DNA of 64,000 nucleotides from Chloroflexota bacterium. Lineage in GTDB: Bacteria; Chloroflexota; Dehalococcoidia; SM23-28-2; JACOUE01. Location: the NCBI GenBank assembly GCA_016178045.1, contig JACOUE010000005.1, positions 18,855 through 82,854 of the forward strand, in the 5' to 3' direction. The notes beneath the pieces were generated by a model, which was not told the origin of the DNA, did not search any database, and saw only the letters and a program-made list of their open reading frames with translations. The position numbers and the translations under genes are program-made. Shown here piece by piece: positions 58,230-64,000 of the stretch. Within the stretch, counting starts at the first letter, position 1, and each line of letters begins with the position of its first letter.

Positions 58230-58957
58230 GGCGACTTTCTCGCCCACATCACCAGCGCGCCGCCCAGGGAGAGCCGCTTCGCCTCTACGTCGGGAAAGCC
58301 GGTCTCGTGCCACAGCTCGAGGAGGCGGTCCTCGGGCCAGCGGCGGTAGAAGTGGCGGATGCTGGGGCCCAGGAAACCGCCGACGCGCCCCCAGGCGGGC
58401 GAGAGGAGGGCGCCCCCCAGCGGCAGGACGACGTCGGTATGGAGGCGCCATAAGGGGTAGGCGGGGCCGCGGGGGACGGCGAAGTCCAGCGAGGCCATCG
58501 TACCGCCCGGGCGGAGGACGCGGGCCAGCTCCCGCAGGATGGCGGGCACGTCCGACACGTAGCGCAGCAGGTAGGTGAAGACGACGGCGTCGAAGGAGGC
58601 GTCGGGGAAGGGGACGGCCTCGGCCGTGCACTCGACGAAGTCGGTGGGGTATTTGCCATTGCGGGAGGCTCCCAGCCGCGCCTGCGCCAGCATCGGCCGG
58701 GTGACGTCGGCGGCGACGACGCTCACGCCCGGCCGGCCGGCCAGCCGGAGGGCGACGGCGCCGGTGCCGGTGGCCATATCGAGGACGCGATATGCGTGTG
58801 CTCGCCCTTCGACTGGCTCAGGGCGAGCGGTGGGAAGGCGCTGTAGCAGGAAGCGGTGCCAGCGGCGGTACTGGAAGAAGCTGAAGAGCTGGGCGGGCGT
58901 ATCGTAGCTAGCGGCGATGCCGGAGAAGAGGCTGCGGGCCGTTTCGCTGGGGTTCAT
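58226..58957 (-). CDS. class I SAM-dependent methyltransferase (UbiE/MenG-like) carrying an in-frame REP-like insertion
   Basis: 243 aa; the LFSGIAASYD N-terminus of the UbiE/COQ5 family and LDMATGTG motif I. Element 58801-58830 (ctcgcccttcgactggctcagggcgagcgg) is translated in frame as PTARPEPVEGRAHA, just before motif I. Confidence 0.65.
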   Translation of the reverse strand: MNPSETARSLFSGIAASYDTPAQLFSFFQYRRWHRFLLQRLPTARPEPVEGRAHAYRVLDMATGTGAVALRLAGRPGVSVVAADVTRPMLAQARLGASRNGKYPTDFVECTAEAVPFPDASFDAVVFTYLLRYVSDVPAILRELARVLRPGGTMASLDFAVPRGPAYPLWRLHTDVVLPLGGALLSPAWGRVGGFLGPSIRHFYRRWPEDRLLELWHETGFPDVEAKRLSLGGALVMWARKSP

Positions 58958-59009
58958 GACGGGGCTCAGACCGGTTGTATTATAGGCGCTCTCGCCGGGC
59001 CCGTCCGCC

Positions 59010-59020
59010 GATGGTATATA
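59010..59020 (+). promoter_or_regulatory. TGgTATATAAT extended -10 promoter for hflX
   Basis: gatgGTATATAATtttactg, about 45 nt upstream of the SD GGGAGGA at 59059-59065. Confidence 0.5.
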
Positions 59021-59075
59021 ATTTTACTGAACCTTTTCGAAATCGACACCTGCTTGTAGGGAGGACGGGGAGACC

Positions 59076-60269
59076 ATCGCTCGACGGCTGCACAGCACCG
59101 GGGAGCCGCAGGAGAGGGCGTACCTCGTTGCCGCCGAGCTGAAGCGGCCCGGCGACGGCTGGAACACGCAGGGCTCGCTGGACGAGCTGGCCCTGCTGGC
59201 CGACACGGCGGGGGCGGTGGTGGTGGGGCGGACGGTACAAAGACTGGACCGCCCGAACCCGGCGTTGTACGTCGGCCGGGGGAAGGTGGAGGAGGTGGTC
59301 TCCCTGCGCCCGCAGGTGGGGTACGGCGTCGTCATCTTCGATGACGAGCTGTCGCCTTCGCAGCAGCGGAACCTGGAGAACGCCCTCAAGGTGAAGGTGC
59401 TGGACCGGACGGCGCTGATTCTGGACATCTTCGCCCAGCATGCCCACACCAAGGAGGGCCGTCTCCAGGTGGAACTGGCCCAGCACGAGTACCTCCTGCC
59501 GCGGCTGCGGGGACAGTGGTCGCACCTGGAGCGGCTGGAGGGCCGAATCGGGACGCGGGGGCCGGGCGAGACGCAGCTGGAGACCGACCGGCGGCTCATC
59601 GAGCGGAAGATCCAGCAGCTGAAGCGGGAGTTGGAGCACGTCCGCAAGCAGCGGGCTCTGTACCGGCGGCGGCGGGCGCGGCAGGGGATACCGGTCGTCT
59701 CCCTGGTGGGGTACACGAACGCCGGGAAGAGCACCCTCATGCGCGCCGTCTCGGGGGCGGAGGTGCTGGTCGAGGACAAGCTATTCGCCACCCTGGACCC
59801 GCTGACGCGGCGGGTGTCGCTGCCCGGCGGCGGTACGTTCCTGCTGACGGACACGGTCGGTTTCATCCAGAAGCTGCCCACCCAGCTGGTGGCCGCCTTC
59901 CGGGCGACGCTGGAGGAGCTATCGGAGGCGGATCTGCTGCTGCACGTGGTGGACCTGACCCACCCGCAGGCTGCGGAGCAGAGCCAGACGGTGGAGGACA
60001 CGCTGGCCGAGCTGGCCCTCGGCGGGAAGCCGCGGATAACGGTGCTGAACAAGATCGACGCGCTGAGCGGGAAGGACGGCCGGCCGATCGCGGGGCTGGA
60101 GAGCCTGCGCGACTTCGAGCCGTCGCTGCGGCACTGGCGCCCGGACGCCGTGCTGGTCTCAGCGCTGAAGGGGTGGGGGGTGGCGCAGCTGCTCGAGCGC
60201 GTCGGGGCGGTGCTGGGGCAGGTGAAGGCCGAGCCAGCGGCGGGCCGGCGGGAGGCGGTCGCGGGGTAA
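59076..60269 (+). CDS. hflX: GTPase HflX
   Basis: The open frame from 59031 has no ATG, GTG or TTG before the N-domain (…IARRLHSTGEPQERAYLVAAELKRPGDGWNTQGSLDELALLADTAGAVVVG…). A strong SD lies 10 nt before the ATC at 59076. The ORF track start GTG 59217 would delete the N-domain. GTPase motifs GYTNAGKST, DTVG and NKID are present. Confidence 0.7.
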   Translation: MARRLHSTGEPQERAYLVAAELKRPGDGWNTQGSLDELALLADTAGAVVVGRTVQRLDRPNPALYVGRGKVEEVVSLRPQVGYGVVIFDDELSPSQQRNLENALKVKVLDRTALILDIFAQHAHTKEGRLQVELAQHEYLLPRLRGQWSHLERLEGRIGTRGPGETQLETDRRLIERKIQQLKRELEHVRKQRALYRRRRARQGIPVVSLVGYTNAGKSTLMRAVSGAEVLVEDKLFATLDPLTRRVSLPGGGTFLLTDTVGFIQKLPTQLVAAFRATLEELSEADLLLHVVDLTHPQAAEQSQTVEDTLAELALGGKPRITVLNKIDALSGKDGRPIAGLESLRDFEPSLRHWRPDAVLVSALKGWGVAQLLERVGAVLGQVKAEPAAGRREAVAG

Positions 60270-60306
60270 GGGCGGCCATGTTCGGAACGGATGCCTGAGA
60301 ACGCGG

Positions 60307-60948
60307 ATGGCGACAGGAAGCGAGCCCGCTGATGGCGATGCGGTTCAGGCTTTCGTACACAGCGCTCATCTCGCGCTAGACCCTTTCGCCGACGTTTACC
60401 GCGCCTCTGCAGAGCATCGCGAGGGCCACAGGTGCGATGTGTACTGCACAGGCAGCGGGCGTCTTCTGGGCCTACTGGCTCAATCCTTGGGAGTCCGACG
60501 GGCTCTGGAGGTGGGGTGCGGGCTGGGTTACAGTGCCCTTTGGCTGGCGTGGGGCTCCGCCCCTGAAGGTCGGATCGAGACCGTGGAAGCGGACCCAGAG
60601 CACGCCCGGCTCGCCGAAGGCCATTTCCGCGCGCACCGTCTCGTCGAACGGATCCATATCCACGTCGGGCGGGCCCTGGACATCCTGCCCGACCTGGTCC
60701 CTCCCTTCGACCTGATCTTCCTTGACGCCGACTGGAGTGAATACTCCGCCTACCTCGATGAATGCTTGCGATTACTGCGGCCTGGAGGTCTGTTGGTCAG
60801 CTCTAACTTGTGGCCGGCCACCTATGCGCCAGGCTTGGGAGGGCTGGCGGAAGTGGCTGACTACCGTCGGCGGTTGCTGGAGCAGCCCCGTCTGCTCAGT
60901 GTCTTGATCCCACGTGGCCCGGGTTTGAGCTTGATGGTCGCCGATTGA
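60307..60948 (+). CDS. class I SAM-dependent O-methyltransferase (caffeoyl-CoA OMT / YrrM-like)
   Basis: 213 aa with LEVGCGLGYSALW and IFLDADW motifs. Confidence 0.75.
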   Translation: MATGSEPADGDAVQAFVHSAHLALDPFADVYRASAEHREGHRCDVYCTGSGRLLGLLAQSLGVRRALEVGCGLGYSALWLAWGSAPEGRIETVEADPEHARLAEGHFRAHRLVERIHIHVGRALDILPDLVPPFDLIFLDADWSEYSAYLDECLRLLRPGGLLVSSNLWPATYAPGLGGLAEVADYRRRLLEQPRLLSVLIPRGPGLSLMVAD

Positions 60949-60999
60949 CGCAATAGTCCCTGCCGAACGACCTACGACGAGGCCTCCGTTTAGGCGGGG

Positions 61000-61013
61000 C
61001 AGGCTTAAGCCTG
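61000..61013 (+). promoter_or_regulatory. perfect 14-bp palindrome caggcttaagcctg upstream of the arsR promoter (candidate operator)
   Basis: Lies 33 nt upstream of the -35 element. Confidence 0.3.
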
Positions 61014-61045
61014 TCCTACGGGGGTATTTTTCCCGGGGTTAGGTA

Positions 61046-61075
61046 TTGACACTCTTCAATTTAATACCGTACGAT
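61046..61075 (+). promoter_or_regulatory. sigma70-like promoter TTGACA-18-TACGAT for arsR
   Basis: TTGACA at 61046-61051 and TACGAT at 61070-61075. The ATG 61085 is 9 nt downstream, so the transcript is leaderless. The ORF track's TTG start at 61046 is the -35 hexamer itself. Confidence 0.5.
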
Positions 61076-61084
61076 GTGCCTGTC

Positions 61085-61426
61085 ATGAGGACTGCTACGC
61101 TGGGTTGCTGCGAGGTGACGCCGGAGGAGCGCGTCGCCGTCGCTGAGGCGAAAGACGAGGCGGGGCGCCTGGCCGACCTCTTCAAGGCGCTGTCGGACGG
61201 GACCCGGGTGCGCATCGTGCAGCGGCTGCTCCAGTCTCGGCAGCCGATCTGCGAGTGCCACCTGGTGGAGCTGTTCGACCTCTCCCAGCCGACGATCAAC
61301 TACCACCTGAAGGTGCTGCGGGAGGCCGGCATCGTGGAGTCGGACAAGCGGGGGGTGTGGAGCTATTACTGGGTCAGCCCCCGGGCGATGCTGGAGCTGG
61401 TGAGGTCGCTGACGGAGCTGGGCTAA
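61085..61426 (+). CDS. arsR: ArsR/SmtB family metalloregulator
   Basis: MRTATLGCCEV... and LQSRQPICECHLVELFDLSQPTINYHLKVL, the HTH with a Cys-rich metal site. Confidence 0.8.
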   Translation: MRTATLGCCEVTPEERVAVAEAKDEAGRLADLFKALSDGTRVRIVQRLLQSRQPICECHLVELFDLSQPTINYHLKVLREAGIVESDKRGVWSYYWVSPRAMLELVRSLTELG

Positions 61427-61461
61427 TTTTTTCGGCCGTAAGAAATCGAAAAGATTCTATG

Positions 61462-62236
61462 GAACCCCAAAGGAGGTCAGCCGTGGAGAACGAGCAGGCG
61501 ATCAAAGAGGCGGTGCGGCAGCGCTACGCGGAAAGGGCCCGCCGCGGCGCCGAGGACGTCCGCAGCTGCTGCGAGCAGCAGGACGACCTCGGCGCCATAA
61601 GCTGCAACCTGTACGAAGACGAGGGGCGGTATCGACGTTATCCTCTCGGCGCGGAAGGTGGGCCCGGCGGGGAAGGCGTACGGCCTGGACATGACGGACG
61701 AGATGCTGGACCTGGCCCGTCGCAACGCCCGTGAGGCGGGCGTCGCCAACGCCGAGTTCCTCAAGGGCGAGATGGAGGCGATGCCCCTGCCGGACGGTTC
61801 CGCGGACGTGATGATCAGCAACTGCGTCGTGAACCTGTCGCCGGACAAGGACGCCGTGTTCCGCGAGGCGTACCGCGTGCTGAGGCCGGGCGGCCGCATC
61901 GCCATCGCCGACATCGTGGTGCGGGGGCAGATGCCGCGGCTGCTACAGCGGAGCCTGGAGCTTTGGGCCGGTTGCCTGGCGGGCGCGCTCCAGGAGGACG
62001 AATACCGGTCGAAGCTGGCGGCAGCGGGCTTCGGCGAGATCGATATCGAGGTCACGCGGGAGTATACCGCGTCCGACGCGGAGGGAGCGGGGCTCGGCGG
62101 CCTGCTCCAGCGCTACGGAAAGAGGGGCGAGGAGACACTGGGCTTCGTCAGCGCCATGGTGAGGGCGAGGAAGCCTGTCCTGAGCCGAAGCCCTGAGCGA
62201 AGCGAAGGGGCAGTCGAAGGGCCGGTCAACGGATAG
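61462..62236 (+). pseudogene. arsM: arsenite S-adenosylmethyltransferase with internal about 100-bp deletion/frameshift and REP-like insertion at the 3' end
   Basis: Frame A reads MEPQRRSAVENEQAIKEAVRQRYAERA...SCCEQQDDLGAISCNLYEDEG, the ArsM N-terminal Cys pair. Frame C resumes GGIDVILSARKVGPAGKAYGLDMTDEMLDLARRNA...VMISNCVVNLSPDK... About 35-40 aa including LDLGSGG are missing. The C-terminal KPVLSRSPERSEGAVEGPV is encoded by REP element 62178-62222, in reverse orientation. Confidence 0.65.
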
Positions 62237-62270
62237 GGAAGGACGGTCTGAGGCGAGAGGAGGTGCAGCC

Positions 62271-62309
62271 ATGTGCTGCCACGTGAATAAGAAGCGCCGC
62301 GGCCGGTAG
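62271..62309 (+). CDS. 12-codon sORF MCCHVNKKRRGR with strong SD
   Basis: GAGAGGAGGTG lies 6 nt before the ATG 62271, and the TAG is at 62307. Located between arsM and its terminator. Possibly the displaced Cys-rich C-terminus of arsM. Confidence 0.25.
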   Translation: MCCHVNKKRRGR

Positions 62310-62324
62310 CGGCGGCGCGCGGGA

Positions 62325-62359
62325 GGCCCCCGCACCCAGCGCGGGGGCCTTCGCTTTTT
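62325..62359 (+). terminator. rho-independent terminator
   Basis: Stems ggcccccgc / gcgggggcc with loop acccagc, followed by ttcgcttttt. Confidence 0.7.
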
Positions 62360-62726
62360 AGCTCCGGCCGGGCGTTGCGGCCGCCTCCCCGGCGGCCGCC
62401 CACCGGTCGGCCCAGCGCTGGATAGCTTCGACCACGCCCTGAAGCTCAAGACCCTTGGCGCTGAGGACATACTCGATGCGGACCGGCGTCTCGGGAAAGA
62501 CGCGCTTCTCCACGACGCCTGCCCGTTCAAGCTCCTTCAGCCGCTCCGAGAGCAGGCGGTCGCTGATGGCGCCGATGTAATCGCTGATCTCGGTAAAGCG
62601 GCGGGAGCCGCCCAGGAGGGCGCGGATGATGAGAGGGGTCCAGCGCTTGCCCAGGGTCTGGACGGCGTTCTCGTATTTCGGGCAGAAGTGCGCGAGGTCG
62701 ATGGTGGATGGCTTCTTCGCTGCCAT
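62358..62726 (-). CDS. HxlR family transcriptional regulator
   Basis: 122 aa; CPKYENAVQTLGKRWTPLIIRAL...FTEI pattern. Confidence 0.8.
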   Translation of the reverse strand: MAAKKPSTIDLAHFCPKYENAVQTLGKRWTPLIIRALLGGSRRFTEISDYIGAISDRLLSERLKELERAGVVEKRVFPETPVRIEYVLSAKGLELQGVVEAIQRWADRWAAAGEAAATPGRS

Positions 62727-62823
62727 GGCGTCATTATTCTAACTTATCGTAAGGGGCTTGACAAGTGGGAGCGGCTATACTAACATAAGGCTAGCCACTA
62801 ATCTTTTGTAAGGAGGTCGCAAA

Positions 62824-63390
62824 ATGGTCAGCAGTACCAAGACGACGACGAGCATCTGGAGCGTCGACCCCGCTCACTCCATCGCGGAGTTCGCCGTCAA
62901 GCACATGATGGTCTCGACGGTGAAGGGCCGTTTCCGCTCCCTGGGCGGGACGCTCGAGCTCGACGAGGTGAAGCCGGAGAATTCCTCCGTGACCGCCACC
63001 ATGGACGTGGCCAGCGTAGACACGGGTGAGGAGCAGCGGGACGCCCACCTGCGCTCGGACGACTTCTTCAACACCGAGCGGTTCCCGGAGATGACGTTCC
63101 GCAGCAAGCGCGTCGAGCGGGTCGACGACAGGCGCTGGAAGGTGATCGGAGACCTCACTATCCGGGACGTCACCAAAGAGGTGGCGCTCGACACCGAATA
63201 CGAAGGGCAGATCGTTGACCCGTGGGGCAACCAGCGGGCCGGGTTCAGCGCAGAGACAGTGCTGAGCCGCAAAGAGTTCGGGGTCAAGTGGAACGGTCTC
63301 ATCGAGACCGGCGGTGTCGTGGTAGGCGACAGCGTGCGCGTCACCCTGCACATCGAGGCGATCCGCCAGGACTCACGGCAAGTCCGTTAG
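62824..63390 (+). CDS. YceI family protein
   Basis: 188 aa with the YceI-like beta-barrel pattern (WSVDPAHSIAEFAVKHMMVSTVKGRF). Divergent from hxlR. Confidence 0.8.
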   Translation: MVSSTKTTTSIWSVDPAHSIAEFAVKHMMVSTVKGRFRSLGGTLELDEVKPENSSVTATMDVASVDTGEEQRDAHLRSDDFFNTERFPEMTFRSKRVERVDDRRWKVIGDLTIRDVTKEVALDTEYEGQIVDPWGNQRAGFSAETVLSRKEFGVKWNGLIETGGVVVGDSVRVTLHIEAIRQDSRQVR

Positions 63391-63406
63391 AATAGAACAG
63401 GACGCT

Positions 63407-64000
63407 ATGGAAGACCCTGCGCCCGCCGGAGTGAAAGCTGCGCCCATCGTGCTGCGGCGGGACCGCGACATCTACGCCACCGACGGCGGCTGGTTCCAGG
63501 CCCGCTGGCACTTCAGCTTCGACCACTACCACGATCCCGACAACATGGGCGTCGGCACCCTGCGCGTCTTCAACCACGACACCCTTGTCGCTGGGGCCGT
63601 CTGGCCGATGCACCCGCACCGGGACGTCGAAGGGATCACCTACGTGGTCGCCGGCCACTTCGAGCATGCCGACAGCCTGGACAACGACGGCGTCCTGGAG
63701 CGCGGGGGCGTCCAGCGGATGACCCTGGGGTCCGGCGCCTGGCACTCCGAGCGGAACCACTCGAAGACGGAGCCGGTCCAGTTCATCCAGATGTGGATCC
63801 TCCCCGACCGCCGCGGGCTCCCGCCCGGCGTCGAGCAGAAACAGTTCACGCTTGAGGACCGGCAAGACCGCCTGCTCCAGATCCTGAAGCCGGAGGGCGC
63901 CGACGGGCCGGGCGTAACGGTTCACGAGGAGGTCTGGATGTACGCCTCGCGGCTGGAGGCGGCGGCGGCCGTGGAGCACGAGTTTGGGGAGGGGCGCGGC
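63407..64000 (+). CDS. pirin family protein (3' truncated by window edge)
   Basis: The ATG 63407 frame is open to the window end; HPHRDVEGITYVVAGHFEH and WHSERN match pirin cupin motifs. Confidence 0.75.
   Translation, partial: MEDPAPAGVKAAPIVLRRDRDIYATDGGWFQARWHFSFDHYHDPDNMGVGTLRVFNHDTLVAGAVWPMHPHRDVEGITYVVAGHFEHADSLDNDGVLERGGVQRMTLGSGAWHSERNHSKTEPVQFIQMWILPDRRGLPPGVEQKQFTLEDRQDRLLQILKPEGADGPGVTVHEEVWMYASRLEAAAAVEHEFGEGRG

Overview
This is a 64 kb, roughly 70% GC bacterial chromosomal window. The leaderless TATCAT/TATACT promoters, archaeal-type apgM, gatB and LarE suggest an actinobacterial or Chloroflexi/Thermomicrobia-like organism. It is densely coding: about 75 protein genes and no rRNA, tRNA or CRISPR array that I could recognise.

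Gene content by region:
- 1-8.2 kb: a DUF35/thiolase pair, then a reverse-strand xanthine-dehydrogenase-family operon (coxM-like, MOSC, coxS-like, coxL-like, DinB-like, mocA, cupin).
- 8.3-20.3 kb: muconolactone-isomerase-like protein, peroxiredoxin, MidA-like methyltransferase, MarR plus an MFS efflux pump, tupABC tungstate/molybdate ABC transporter, GDPD, an SDR, a SirB1-like protein, DUF2203, and an APH-like/P-loop kinase.
- 20.3-28 kb: two tandem aquaporins, dut, a Prx-like redoxin, an alpha/beta hydrolase, DUF309, two small membrane-peptide paralogs, PHP, a zinc-ribbon protein, a VOC protein and LarE.
- 28-37 kb: rplY, fmt, a lipoprotein, a SAM hydroxide adenosyltransferase, a family-5 substrate-binding protein, secG, yvcK, gatB and two GNATs.
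- 37-49 kb: a hicBA toxin-antitoxin pair, a Ser/Thr kinase, guaA, tsaC, penicillin acylase, GrpB, pgk, apgM, tpiA and miaA.
- 49-64 kb: DinB, dapF, three tandem alpha/beta-hydrolase-cyclase paralogs, a GNAT, EthD, a DapL-like aminotransferase, a zinc-ribbon cyclase, a membrane protein, a UbiE/MenG-like methyltransferase, hflX, an O-methyltransferase, arsR-arsM, HxlR-YceI and a partial pirin.

Most notable observations:
- Two in-frame TGA codons sit exactly where a conserved Cys is expected: a UxxC motif in a thioredoxin-fold Prx-like protein, and the fourth ligand of a CxxC...CxxC zinc ribbon fused to a class III cyclase. Each is followed by a hairpin. I read these as selenocysteine candidates, but note the competing explanation below.
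- At least nine ORFs are disrupted: tupA nonsense, hicA and GNAT frameshifts, internal deletions in arsM and dapF, a tpiA-miaA fusion, a guaA inverted duplication, and a half GNAT. This means real gene decay or assembly error, and it also bears on the TGA calls.
- A GC-rich REP-like palindromic repeat family has at least nine copies, several inserted in-frame inside coding sequences, as seen with Rickettsia palindromic elements.
- An (NAGAACC)n heptad tandem repeat occurs as near-identical direct repeats 5.8 kb apart.
- A recurring extended -10 element (TGcTATCAT) lies 7-11 nt upstream of start codons, implying leaderless transcription.
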